From Tubiluchus corallicola (lineage: Eukaryota > Animalia > Priapulida): a stretch of DNA of 26,533 nt. A program made the translations under genes and the position numbers. The stretch is taken from the NCBI GenBank assembly GCA_030141605.1, contig JAQGDQ010001123.1:1-26533 (forward strand). The letters run 5' to 3'. Under the pieces are notes generated by a model. It had not been told where the DNA came from. It saw only the letters and a list, made by a program, of their open reading frames with translations, and made no database searches. Positions 1 to 13,001 of this stretch are shown piece after piece. Within the stretch, counting starts at the first letter, position 1. Each line of letters begins with the position of its first letter.

Positions 1-129
1 TAATAATAATAACAACAACAACAACAACAATTGTTGTTTGAGAGGGCTACTGGTCTAGGCAGTTATCATCATGTACAGCTAACGTTGAGAAAGTCATGTT
101 TACGACTTGACTGTATAAATAACGAGAAG

Positions 130-1075
130 CTTTAAGAATTATTAAAAAATCAAGCCAGCTAGTTTCCGTTTTAAAAACCATGACGTAGGGTCAGCATGTA
201 AATGACGCCGTTTTTCAAAGGCGCATCCCTAGCTAGACTTAAAGAGTCACGCGATAACATCCAGCAAAACAGGAACAGAAATGCAACAGTTGTTAATCCC
301 AGATGGCTAAATATAACAGATCAACACGATCCAAAAGCGATAATGGCATCCTGTTGCGTGGAAGGACGAAGTTTATCTTGAACAGTTTAATGTGACTCCA
401 TCAAACTCAGCTTTCAAAGCGCACTACTTTGTAATCCAAGCGCCAGATCTCCATTATCTGTGGATGCCACAGCCTGTCCCTATATACCCGTATTAGATGA
501 TAGCATCACACCTGATAAAGTACGTTATGCAATACCTGGAATGAACCGAAATAAGTATGGTGGGTGGACAAATTACCACCTGGCTTATTGCATTCGTTAC
601 CATGGCAATGGCTACTTTTACTAATTCAGCTTGCTAAATCTTGTGTCATATAATGGCACATATAATAGCAAGTCATATAATGCCACATAGACGGTTTCTA
701 GTGTGGTTATGATACACAAGAAAGGCAACAAAACAGTATGTTCAAATTACAGAGGCATAGCTAAGCTTAATATGGTGCCAAAAATGTGTGACGTGCTTTA
801 ACGAACTGACTAAAGCGATGACGGACACCTGACTATGAGCAGTCAGGCGCACAAGAAAAAAGAGGATGCTTAGCGAATATTGTTGCTTTGAGACACCTGA
901 TTGATTGAGCAAAAAATCTTGTCAAAAATTGTTCCTCCGTTTTGTGGATTTCAAAACTGCATATGACAGTATGTGTAGGGCAGAACTAATAGAGGATGTA
1001 GTAAAACTTGGATGCGGGAGGCAAATGAGTGACTAATGCAGTACGGGCAGTGTATGGCAGTGCTAAACAATATGA
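130..1075 (+). mobile_element. Decayed non-LTR retrotransposon ORF2 fragment (linker plus N-terminal reverse transcriptase), with stops and frameshifts
   Basis: Broken + frames read CPYIPVLDDSITPDKVRYAI, LPPGLLHSLPWQWL, IHKKGNKTVCSNYRGIA, EQSGAQEKRGC and FVDFKTAYDS. These match the LINE RT motifs KKG..NYRGI, EQ.G and F.DF.KAYD. Boundaries are approximate. Confidence 0.85.
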
Positions 1076-1119
1076 ATACAAGCCACCAATGCATAATTTC
1101 ATTATTAAAGTCGTTATTA

Positions 1120-1215
1120 TTTCGTTTGTTGTTATTATTATTATCATTGGCTGTCGTCATCGTCGTCGTCGTCGTCGCTGTTGTTGTTATTGTTATTATT
1201 TGTTATCATCATTGT
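1120..1215. repeat. Compound trinucleotide microsatellite (TTA/TCG/TTG)
   Basis: Visible directly; produces the overlapping poly-N/R/V ORFs. Confidence 0.85.
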
Positions 1216-1534
1216 TTTATACGTTTAAAACGCCATTCAGCTGGTGTTAAGATCAGTAACAAAAAAGATTCCAGAATAATCTTAATTACTTTTTCCTATT
1301 TAGTATTAAAGATTTTAAATGAGCTCATGTATAACGCATGCGATATTTTACCTCGCAGAACGAAAACTCGGCGAACTCGTCAGTGACGTTACCAGACCTG
1401 ATGTAATCAGCTGAACTTTTAGATGGAAATTCGACCATGAAGCTGTCCGATTCACATGGGACAAGTTTTGCTGAAAAAAGTGCAGTTATAAGCGCATTTT
1501 GCGTAAACTACAAAAGTAATACTTTGCAGAAAGA

Positions 1535-2231
<697 letters not shown>

Positions 2232-2511
2232 ACAGCCTTGTCTTTGAATGTTGAAAGAACACGAACTTTATATGTGTTTTAATTAAATATGGTTATTGTA
2301 AATTTCAAAATTATGCTGATTTTACATACAACAAATTAATAGTGACCAATATTAGGCAAAATTTTACCCTTCTTATTCTAAATTTTGCCCTAATGTGATT
2401 GTATTGTTTGGGCTAAACACATACAAATAAATTTGAAATATGTAAATAAATTGCAAGAAATAATTTTGCCGTATAGCTCTAACACGAGACTACTGTTGCA
2501 CGGTTCTGCTA

Positions 2512-2536
2512 ATCATCATTATCGTCGTCGTGGTCG

Positions 2537-2587
<51 letters not shown>

Positions 2588-2650
2588 ACATCATCATCGT
2601 CATCATCATCACCATCATATCATCATCATCATCACCATCATCATCATTAT
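2512..2650. repeat. (CAT)n microsatellite
   Basis: Visible directly. Confidence 0.95.
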
Positions 2651-3285
2651 CAAGGCAGGTAAACAAATCAGTTAATCTAGCAAAAACTAGACACTACAAT
2701 GTTTTTTGCCAGCACCACTTCCGACAAAACAGCAGGATAACAGCTCCAAGCACTTTTGTTTGTTCATTTTCCAGCTGTTGTGCCCATTGTTCGTTGCTTC
2801 TACACCAAAATAAATTGTCTGCTGCGTATTATATTGTTTAGCGTGCCTGGTGACATTAATCCAGGCGAGCCATTGGTCAAAACGTTGTATCTCTCACTGA
2901 AGTAACTCAGCAGGCATTCTAATATTAAAACGTGAATGTAATATTGGTTAAAAATCTCATTAGCCGCCTGGTTTTCAGCTTTATGCCACGTGTACTCTTG
3001 AGTCTATGTAACAAAATACATAGTATAAAACTTCCATACCATTCAAGATAGAGCATATTAGTGATATTCAATGCAAATAAAAAACTTGCTACTTACATAT
3101 TACAACTTGAAACGTGTAAAAGAATCCAAGAAAGGTCAGCCAATTCAACGTCTCCTTCATTTCTCCTGATACCTCTTTATTAAATATGATAAGGTTGATT
3201 TAGTACTAGACACGTATTTTTTACTAAGATACTTTGTATGTCTAGTTGAGTACTAGTGAAAGCGTCTGTTATATGCATCTGTGAG

Positions 3286-3579
3286 AATGAGACAAATTGA
3301 TATTGCTTTTGTGTTTCTTCCATTGTGTTATTGATTAACTGATGTAGACTACTGAAAGAAGAATTGTGTTTGTTACATAATTAAAACTCAGCATTGCAAG
3401 ACGGTCAATATTGCTTCATGCAAGGCCAATGGAACAATGAAACAAATTGATATCTTTTTGTGTTTCTCCCGTTATGTCGTCTGTTAACTGGTGTAGACTG
3501 CAGAAAGAGAATAGTATTTGTTACATAATTAAAACTCAGCGTGCAAGAGGGTCAATCTTGCTTCATGCACAGGCAATGG
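3286..3579. repeat. Diverged two-copy tandem duplication, period about 150 bp
   Basis: aatga(g/a)acaaattgatat...tttgttacataattaaaactcagc...ttgcttcatgca starts at 3286 and again at 3436. Confidence 0.85.
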
Positions 3580-4449
3580 TGAAGGTCAAGTGCATTTTCT
3601 CATTACTAAGTTTATGTTTGTTTATTAAAAACCTTTTGTAACCCGAAGGTTAAATTACTTTACATTAATTAAGATACACTCTAAAACTACAATTGCTCGG
3701 AAGTGGTGCTGACAAGTAACTGACATAGTCGATAGTTTACTGGTTTACTGCTGTGTTTACCTGCTTGAGGGCAATTTTCGAAGTCTGCCTGCCCAATGTC
3801 TACAATAGACCTAATAGACATATGATGATGATGATGAAAATTACTATTAAATTACATTATATTAAAACGACATTACATAATATTAATTAAAATAGACTGA
3901 AGTTTAAATTAAATTACGTTTAAAAGATAATAATTTACGTTAAGATTAATCTTATTAAGATCCATTATTATAATATCTCGTGTCACAGTGTATACAGTAG
4001 TAACGAACGTACTGATAATTAAAAAGTGCATATGGTATAAAACTACTTTCAGTACGACAAATAGGTAAAGGTACATCAGTTGTTTACGAAGAATGTGTTT
4101 ATGGAGGTTGTGTTTAGGCAATAAATAATGGACTCTACTGTCTTCACTTTTTAATTACCTTTACTGGACCATTACTGGACTACACGTATCAAAGCACAAG
4201 AAAAAACCCCACTTACATAGAGATTAAAAAATTCGTTTTGAAATTTTAAGCAGTTTTTGGTTGTTTTTATTATTTTGTCTGATACTTTTCGTATCTAAAT
4301 GTTTGTCACCAATCTCACCAGAATCAAAATTTACGTCAAAAGTATTTCTCTGAATTCCAGAAAACGAAAACTAATTGTTATTAATTGTTTTGATATATTC
4401 TCTGCTGTTGTTATATCTTTCAGCCCATCAGAACAGGCACTCAATTTAG

Positions 4450-4932
4450 ATCATATTACTTATGAAATTTACTCACTGTTCAGTTAACGTGAAGAGAGAA
4501 TTGTTTAATACTTATTGCACTACTTTTTATTGTATGTCCACTTGGAGACATTTTTATTCTTACTATCTCAGCAAACTCAAGATTGCATATAATGTATCAA
4601 CACGGAAGTTGTTTAACTTTTCATATGATATGAGCGCCAGATATATTTCTACTAGACTTAATATTATTTATTTTGATGTGATTCACAGGAAATGTGCATA
4701 CAGTTTATACGTCAGGCTGAACAAGAGTGAACATTTTATGTGCAAGAACATTTTAAACGGTGATGTAAACTTTTTTCTGTAATTAGACGTCATTGGCGTA
4801 GTTTGTTATATCGTTAATTGTTATTTGTGTTATTGTTGTGTGTCATGATTTATTGTATTATTTGTATTAATTTGTGATGTGTATATGAACTTTGTGAAGT
4901 TTGAAATAAAATACTAAATGAAATCAAAATCA
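4450..4932 (+). mobile_element. 5'-truncated non-LTR retrotransposon 3' end (ORF2 C-terminus, 3'UTR, AATAAA, short AAATC-like tail)
   Basis: The peptide CSVNVKRELFNTYCTTFYCMSTW...KLKIAYN...RKLF resembles post-RT LINE sequence. It is followed by a T/G-rich UTR and AATAAA, and the 3' part recurs at 16473-16710. Confidence 0.75.
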
Positions 4933-5124
4933 TACTTCCTTAGAATTCATCAAAAAGAAATAAGATTTTCCGACACCTTCTTTTGTGACCTAAATGTTCA
5001 ATACTAATCAGAATGAATGAACTAACTTGAGTGCAGGCCTTTATAGAATTCATGTAGAAGAGAAATCAATTATTTTAGAGACTTATAGTTAAAAATAACA
5101 ACAACTTTACTAAGCTTTACATTA

Positions 5125-5246
5125 AAAAGTTAAAATCATGCCAAACGATTCGAAAGGCTGCTGCTGTCATCAACAATAGTAAATTTCCAAACATACAACC
5201 AGTTTATGCTGACAGCAGCAGCCTATTTGGCATGATCTTAACTTTT
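5125..5246. repeat. Imperfect inverted repeat / foldback (MITE-like remnant)
   Basis: aaaagttaaaatcatgccaaa..aggctgctgctgtca pairs with tgacagcagcagcct.tttggcatgatcttaactttt. Confidence 0.7.
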
Positions 5247-5462
5247 AGGATTTAATAAAATTGCGTTCATGAACTCTAAATGTTTTTAAGAGCCTGTAAT
5301 AAAAATTGACTTATTTTAGATAGATTGTTTTATTTTCTGACTTTTAATATCTAAATTGTTTATAGCCAGACAAATCGTCAGGCCGAGGTATTAACGTAAT
5401 CAAAAGTTTGACGGAAGTGCCGTGGGGAAGACAAGTTGTTCAAAGGTGAGCATCTACCATAG

Positions 5463-5589
5463 AGGAAAAAACAAGTCACTTAGTACATTGGGTTTATTTT
5501 ATTGTTATCGCTTAAACTGTTTGTGGTGTGCTAAAGGAAAGAACAAGTCACTCAGTATGCTGGGTTTATTTTATTGTTATCACTTAAAC
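5463..5589. repeat. Two-copy direct repeat, unit about 55 bp, period about 72 bp
   Basis: aacaagtcact(t/c)agta..tgggtttattttattgttatc(g/a)cttaaac occurs twice. Confidence 0.8.
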
Positions 5590-5669
5590 GTGGAAAAATA
5601 TAACAAAGAAATTTGCCAAGAACTGCTTATATTTTCATAAATTTAAAATGTACCACCTCTGAATTTTCA

Positions 5670-5770
5670 AGCGTGGTGGTTGCCGCCATTCACACGAATA
5701 TTATGACGTAACTGGGAGATTTCGTGACTTTTCGTAAGCGCTTCGCGGCTTTCCGTAAGCGCGCTCTGCT
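5670..5770 (+). promoter_or_regulatory. Possible promoter / 5' region of the sulfotransferase gene
   Basis: Locally CpG-rich patch with YY1-like GCCGCCAT, CRE-like TGACGTAA and two GTAAGC donor-like sites, upstream of the acceptor ttttccccag at 5891-5900. Inference only. Confidence 0.3.
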
Positions 5771-5905
5771 TAAGCTAATTCAAACTTTTGCAGCTTGCCT
5801 AAGATTCACGCAAAAAATATTACAAAATTGGCTGTCAATTTTTTTTGTAAAAACTTGTTATTCTTTTGATGAAGATTGACAATGCACTAGTTTTCCCCAG
5901 GACGC

Positions 5906-6104
5906 ATGACGTCATTGGAAGAAGAACGGGCATTGAAAATGGAAGCGCCCAAGCATGAAGTGATCGCGACTTTGATGAACCCGAACGTTTTGAAGGCAAT
6001 AAGCGTTTTCACAGTTTCGTTATGCGCATGCGCAGTTATTGTAGGTCAAAGATTAAGTGTACCACAGCAACGCGTCTTAACTACAACCATCGCGTCACAT
6101 GTAG
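5906..6104 (+). CDS. Carbohydrate sulfotransferase-like gene, coding exon 1 (cytoplasmic tail and signal anchor); model join(5906..6104,9605..10587), 393 aa
   Basis: An acceptor ends at 5900 and ATG follows at 5906. There is a hydrophobic segment VLKAISVFTVSLCACAVIVG and a donor G|GTAAGG at 6104/6105 in phase 1, matching the phase-1 acceptor at 9604/9605 (G+CA=Ala). The start could instead be a later Met. Confidence 0.7.
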
Positions 6105-8479
6105 GTAAGGAAAGCCGTCTGCCGCACCAGTTCAGTAGCTTCAGTTGTTTTACGCGGACTTTACTTAATTATGCATTAGTCTGGGCGTAAAATGATTTAC
6201 TGGCGGGATCTCGCTTGGAAACGAGAAAAAATGAACTAGGTAAGGTTCTAGCTGTTAAAACTGTTGCTATTACAACAGCATGGGCTGCGATGCGTTGTCA
6301 AGTGTACACAAATGCGTTGTCACGTACACTTAACTTTTAACCTTTTAACGATCACGATCAATCGTGGAACTGTGAAAAGGTTTATTGCCTGGTACTTGCG
6401 CTAAGAATTTCAATTCGGATATTACTGTAATTATTATAGTGGCATTCAAATAACTGTGTTTGTAGTAGAATTTCCACGTTTTAATAGTTAATATTTTAAT
6501 AGCTTATTGTCATATAAAATTAACAAAAGCAAAACAAAATTATTATAATTTAGAAGTACAATAAAAACGGTGTAGAATGTGAAGAAGAAAAATATGACAA
6601 TTACAATACAATATTATGCTCAAATCTAAATTCACAGTTTAATAGAAATTAAGTAAAAACATTTCCATTTTGGTTTTCAGATGTTTCTAACATTTTTTAT
6701 GTCATATGGAATATTGTTCCTTTCAATGGCGTAGTTATATTTAATAAAATGTTTTAAAACATTTTGTTGCACACTTAGAAGTGTGGATGTTGTTCGCCTG
6801 CGTAGTTTTATACACTTGAATATCTTTATTAGAAATAAAAAAAATGTTGGTTAATAGATTGTTCGAGAATTTGTACATAAAAGAGGTAATTTCAATTTTA
6901 TTAATGTAAATTATTTTAAGTAAACTTAAACGCATTTATATCAGTTTTTTTAACAAAGCGATAAGTAAGGTGTTCTATAACGTCAGTAATTACTATAGTC
7001 TGGTGAATAGTATTTTAAAACGCCTAAGGCTCAAATATTCACTTCTCATAATACTTTAACCCGGTCAAACGGCAATACAGTGAACTCATGACAGCAGATT
7101 TTAACGAAATAATTTCATTTCGTATAACTGCTAATCTCTACTAGATGTTTTGCTTCTAAGCGACTGATTGCTTCTGTTTTTTGTTGTTGTTAGCTGATAT
7201 TAAAACGCGTAAAGAGTTAAATTAAAAGCTTGACCCCCTTATCAATGACAGGTCTATAGTGTAATTATTTGAAGTGGCTGTGAAGAAAGAGTTAAGAGTG
7301 ATTCGATAGTGGTTTATACAGACATTGAATACAGCTTGCACTGTGTATTGCAATAAAAACTTACTAATCAGAATTGATGAGTAAATTATTGTTATTCTGT
7401 GAAAAGCCGGTATGATCATTTGGGACGTTTAGTTCATATTGGTCAGCTGAATCAATCTATCAACATCTAGTGTAATCTGCTAGTGTTACAATGGCTACAA
7501 TGTTCATCAGGTTTAATGAATGTCAAAACTTAGTACTATTGGTGCTTTGGGTGGCATTCACGACCATTTTCCTGCTAAATCGATTGAATGGCGTTCCAGG
7601 TTTGAATTTAAACTGTTTATTTATTTTTAAAATTCTTCTATGGAAACTGTTTTTCCTAAGTAACAGTTAAAGTGGAGAAAATAACTTCAGTTATAATTTC
7701 AGTTATAAGATGTCGCTCTCGCAATATCAGTGCCGTAGAGAGGTACTCGAGAACTACTAACATACCAAACTATACCAAACAAACACATTACCGTTTAATA
7801 TAAATTTACTTAATTCACCTAACTAGCTTTGACCCACAATTAAAAATTTCAGTTTTTCTTTCTGGTAGTTCTTTACTAAGTTATGAACACAACATCGTCG
7901 TGTTTGACCTGGTGCAGCAATATATTAGTTCATTTAACATTTTAATTATCTTAACTAACAATTGGAATAGTTATGTATATTTTGTGATAGATTTGTTTTT
8001 CCTGTCAAACTGCACTCCTGTAAATATTGCAGCTCGAGGCACCACGTTCAGTATTTATTTACTGTTTGCCAAAGGCGGTAATTTCAAACAAATGTTGATA
8101 ATACCAGTGCCGTATTAACCCATGACAGGGCACCTAGGCCTCGAGCTCCCTTGTGCTTCTCGACACCCAGCATCCTCTTTCTCGTTCTCCTTTCATATTT
8201 ATTAAAACGACATCACAAATGAAGTAATTCATGGAGTAACAAAAAGTGATGTGATCTTATCGGATAACCTTTAATTAGAATGAAGCAAAACAATGCCACA
8301 GAGAGGTAGGACACGGATAGTTACTAGCAAAGCAGCTGCGATCATTTTGTCCACTGTGTGAGTCTAAATAGCTAAGGCGTTGAAAACAAGTCGTATATAT
8401 AGTAGTAGGAATGGAAAGAGACACAGAAAGGAGGGTGTAAATGCAAGGGAAAGAGGAAAAAAGTGCAAGTGTGACAGAG

Positions 8480-8728
<249 letters not shown>

Positions 8729-9020
8729 CAAGAGGTTCGTACAACACACGACACAATTGCGAATCAAAATTACAATGTCGCGGTTTCGCTGTGAAATGAA
8801 CTTTCTTGCTGCATGGGTTTTCGATAAAAATCGGAAATTTTCCGAAAATTTACGTCCTCACTGAGAAATGGGCTTTAAGGATGGTTCATATCTTCAACCA
8901 AATGATTTTGGTTGGCTAACGATGGTCACATGATTTCACATCATTTGACAATATTCTCATATGACTCGTCAGTCCGTATGTTTTAACTTTTGAATTTAAT
9001 TTTGTTCCACGCTGCAAAGA

Positions 9021-9301
9021 AATTAATTTAAATTTAATAAAGCAAGTTTAAAGCAAATATTTTCTAGAGATAGAAACACTCTATACGTGCTTATTGCTGA
9101 GAATTCAGATCTGCTTTATATTGCGTGAGTTGATAATGAGGAGCCCAGTGGCAAAGCGTGCAGACTGATATCGCAAGGTTCTGGGTTCGAATCCTGGCCG
9201 ACACGCAATTTTTCAGTGCTTTAAAAAACTCTCATTTCAATTTGATTGCTGATTATGCATAAAGCTTTGGTTTACTAATGCTGATTGTTTAGATTAGATT
9301 T
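9021..9301 (+). mobile_element. Repeat containing a tRNA-derived SINE-like head, copy 1 (intronic), followed by a (TTTAGA)n-like tail to about 9327
   Basis: Pol III A-box-like AGTGGCAAAGCG and B-box GGTTCGAATCC at about 9147-9194. Near-identical to 10631-10910 (about 9 differences by eye). Confidence 0.8.
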
Positions 9302-9604
9302 AGAGTTTTAGATTTAGATTTAGATTTATTTCTCACGAAAACCAATGTACATTCAATGATACGAATTAATAATTACAAAATGGCTGCCAAAAAACAAATT
9401 GTTAAGGGTTAAGCAAAACAAGGCAGGGTTTAAAATTAGGGTGTGTATAGAGAAGAATGCGATTAGAGGTGCTGGTTAGTCAAGGGAGGTTAAGTAACGT
9501 AATATGTACATTACGTACAAATGTATATACTTACAGTTAAGTGTCTAACTATCTTAAAAAATTTCTGTAGAACTTTTTTTATAGTTTGCTTATTTTTCAT
9601 TTAG

Positions 9605-10587
9605 CAAGTGTTCGAAGAAGTGAAGCCAATGTTGCTGATTGGGAGGTAACTGAATTGACTACCACTGAGGTCTACCAGCCGCCGATGAAGCCACCCTGGC
9701 AGTACGATGTAAAGAACGAGTCACGTGACCCAGAGGAGCGTTTTCGACAACGTAGGGATCACGTGACCAAGGCGTGTTCCACTAGGTACGGCATAGAGGA
9801 TGGGGGACTTCGCTTCTTGCGTAACGTGTTGGTTGATGATGAGCTTAAGTTCCTGTACTGCCGCACACCACATTCTATGAGCACCAGCTGGTTGAAGGTT
9901 CTGCTGGCTGCCAAACGTGAAGGTGACGTAAATGAGTTCGAATACGTTGAAGTGCACGACGCTGACGTCATACGCCACGCTGGCTTCAAATATCTTGGAT
10001 TATACGAACCAGAGGAACAGTTGAAGCGAATAGAAACTTACACGAAGTTTTTGTTTGTTAGACATCCAGTGGAAAGACTCTTGTCAGCATATAGAACCCT
10101 GATGGTTGAGAATGCCCAGAATAAAAACAGGCCCTCGATTCAAGAACGACACAAACAATTCAGAGAGTTTATCATTGGTAACTACCGCCCCCTTCCGTCG
10201 GTAAACGAAGGCGTGCAAGCAAAAGGTGAAAACGTAACAGTAGACGAATTTCTGGCTTATTTAGTTAATAAACGAACTAAGAGGAAAGATCCTCTCTCAT
10301 TGGGTACAGCTGGAAACTTAAATCCAAACTGGGAAACTATCCACAAACTGTGTAATCCCTGTCTTGTGGGATACCAGTACGTTGGGAAGACGGAAACTGC
10401 TGAAGAAGATGCAAATTTCATTCTAAAGCAATTGGGAATAAATGGAAAATTCCCTTTTCCTTCTGGGAATATTGACAAGAAATCAGTAGAGAAGTTTTTA
10501 TCTTCTGCGAATGGCGATCGATGGGGAAAAGTATCGCTAATGTTCGAAGCAGATTTTGATATATTTGGTTATAAAAATGAGCTATGA
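9605..10587 (+). CDS. Carbohydrate sulfotransferase (Sulfotransfer_2; CHST8-14/HNK-1ST family, CHST11-like), catalytic exon
   Basis: Acceptor tttttcatttag. Family motifs: LVDDELKFLYC.., KFLFVRHPVERLLSAY (3'-PB), W...HKLCNPC...YVGK.ET..ED and C-terminal DFDIFGY. TGA stop at 10585-10587. Confidence 0.92.
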
Positions 10588-10630
10588 GGTCAGACAAGCT
10601 AGTTAATTTATTTAAACCTGAGCTCGTGTG

Positions 10631-10910
10631 AATTAATTTAAATTTAATAAAGCAAGTTTAAAGCAAGTATTTTCTAGAGATAGAAACACTCTATACGTGC
10701 TTATTGCTGAGAATTCAGATCTGCTTTATGTTGCGTGAGTTGACAATGAGGAGTCCAGTGGTAAAGCGTGCAGACTAATATCGCAAGGTTCTGGGTTCGA
10801 ATCCTGGCCGACACGCAATTTTTCAGTGCTTTAAAAACTCTCATTTCAATTTCATTGCTGATTATGCATAAAGCTTGGGTTTACTAATGCTGATTGTTTA
10901 GATTAGATTT
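10631..10910 (+). mobile_element. Repeat containing a tRNA-derived SINE-like head, copy 2 (3'UTR region of the sulfotransferase)
   Basis: Direct repeat of 9021-9301, starting 43 nt after the stop codon. Contains A/B boxes and AATAAA at 10646-10651. Confidence 0.8.
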
Positions 10911-11417
10911 GTTGCTCGTAATTATTGTAATTATTTGTAGTAACGATGAAAATGCTTGAGTAGAAAAATTTTAGTTTTTTACTTTATTTATTTATAGTGC
11001 ATTTACAAAACAGAGAGACTTTACAAAACAAAATTAAATGTAATACAGCTAATGTGATAGAATAATAAATGCATGTGTTAGACGTGACCTAATGTAACGT
11101 TCATTGTATAATCACAACATACCATTACTCTGTTACAGGAGCTTATTTTAAAACATATGTGTGCAAATTTGTGGTAATTTTTTGCAGCCATGCCTGTTGA
11201 GTTGTCAGTATATCACAACGAGATTTTGATTGTTCAATTCAACATTAATGTAGCTACAGGAAACATCTTTCCGATTGGACAATTATTGCATGTTATGGTA
11301 TTTAAAGCTAGTTAAGAAGTATTCCACGTATAGTAGGAACGAAAACTTCTGTAGCTTAATTGTAATGAATAACTTTAAAAGCCAAGTGAATTACTACTGT
11401 CATGGCCTCATTAACTA

Positions 11418-11783
11418 CCGTATTTATTCGAGTATAACGCGCACAGGTGTATAACGCGCACCCCTAATTTTCGATTAAAAATCGGCATAAAATTTTGTTT
11501 CACTTTTTCTCGGCTCAGACCAAGCATTGTAAGAGACAAATTCTGTTGAACAACTCCAGTCTCTAACATTCGTCTCTGGTACAGTGAATTCTCGGCTAGC
11601 TGCTCGATTTCCGTGGGCCAGGCACCGTCTAGACAAACCGTCTAGAAGTTGCGCCGTCTGGCAAAGTCTGCTGATATTGATACACCTAAGCGAGTCACCC
11701 TAGCCCTCGTTTATAATGCGCACCCAAACTTTGAGTTCTTTTTTAGGTATAGAGTTTTGCGCGTTATACTCGAATAAATACGG
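11418..11783. mobile_element. MITE of Tc1/mariner type (Tc2/pogo-like ends)
   Basis: Perfect 26-bp TIR CCGTATTTATTCGAGTATAACGCGCA, TA target duplication at 11416-17 and 11784-85, subterminal TATAA(C/T)GCGCACCC repeats, no transposase. Confidence 0.92.
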
Positions 11784-12489
11784 TACGTAATTATCTAAAT
11801 GCATATGATAATGCATAAGAGTGTAGGCAGGAAGTTTATCCTTGGGGAAAACCTGTGTGGCGTGTGAAATGGTTGGAACAGGTTTCCCCCATGTTTCAAC
11901 AATTTCTAACACGTTTATAACTAATTTGCAACCTATAGGCGATTTAGAGAGTACTTATGTAGTATAACTCTGCACAGATAAATAAAGAAATTAGTACTAA
12001 CATTTATGACTGTAACTCAATATGACGTCTAACACATTTATTATTGCATTTCAACATGTCGTCTAACATTTTACAATTGTTGTAAATAAGTAATTGCATC
12101 ATGTTTAATCATTCGTTCTTTGTTTTTATTTATCTGTGGCTTGGAACCACAGCGAAGATCGACAAAATACTAATACAGCGTATAATATGTTTTTCGTGAA
12201 CTTCCTTTAGATACAAAAGCCTTCAGTCTAACAGCTTAAAAAATTCTGAAGCAAAAAATGACGAACAATTCTTACAAGTTTGTAACATAGTGCGGAAAAG
12301 CTGTGCCGTTTTCAAGTTCGCGACAGTAGCTTATTATTGTGGGGTCTGTGTTATAATACTTCTTCCTAATAATTCAAAGAACTGAGTCAAATTAATTAAC
12401 TATGTCCACAAGTGTCATATGGGGGATATTTGACCTTGTGACCTGTGTGGCCCTGACCGATTTTTCAAACATATGCAACACGATTTGTC

Positions 12490-12760
12490 ATATAAATAGA
12501 CGTGTAAAATGTGTGAGATGAATCAAGTGGAAGATGAAAACCGTTTTTGTATGAAATGTCCTGCTTAGCAAAATGAGAGAAAAGTATTTAAAAATATTTC
12601 CTCCTTTTGCAGAAATGCCTGTAAGTGAACAGATTATGTTTATTAATGGCCTAAACGACGCAGAGATGAGAAACCTAGTAATAAATTTTACATACGATAT
12701 CAGTAACAAAATGGAAGTGAAACAGGACAGCAAACAGGACAGGAATTTACATTTATATAT
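12490..12760 (+). mobile_element. Decayed LINE ORF2 C-terminal cysteine-rich fragment
   Basis: CKMCEMNQVEDENRFCMKCPA*, then a frameshift to MREKYL, resembles the C..C....EDE.HF...CP.Y...R zinc-knuckle region of non-LTR elements. Confidence 0.65.
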
Positions 12761-12911
12761 ATAGCCAAACCTAAACTATGATATATCTAAACTAGTCATG
12801 TGCTCAAAGTAAACTGTATACGAATTTACTAAGTAACATAAAACAGCGATAATTCTCTTGTTTAAACCCCTATTCTTTCAACCCCACAGTGTTTTGAGAG
12901 TCAAGTTAGTA

Positions 12912-13001
12912 TATTCGTAATGATGCTGTACATAACGTTGTTTAGACACCAGTATTGTATTCGTAATGATGCTGTACATAACGTTGTTTAGACACCAGTA
13001 T
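12912..13001. repeat. Perfect 44-bp tandem duplication (period 46)
   Basis: tattcgtaatgatgctgtacataacgttgtttagacaccagtat at 12912 and 12958. Confidence 0.92.

Noticed and set aside
9135-9205. Functional tRNA gene (also about 10745-10815)
   Set aside because: A/B boxes are present, but the acceptor and anticodon stems pair poorly and the two copies differ in the loop; better explained as a SINE head. A high tRNAscan-SE score would overturn this.
9586-9604. TTG start making the sulfotransferase a single-exon 333-aa ORF
   Set aside because: This stretch is the polypyrimidine tract and acceptor. The ORF lacks a signal anchor, which the phase-matched exon 5906-6104 supplies.
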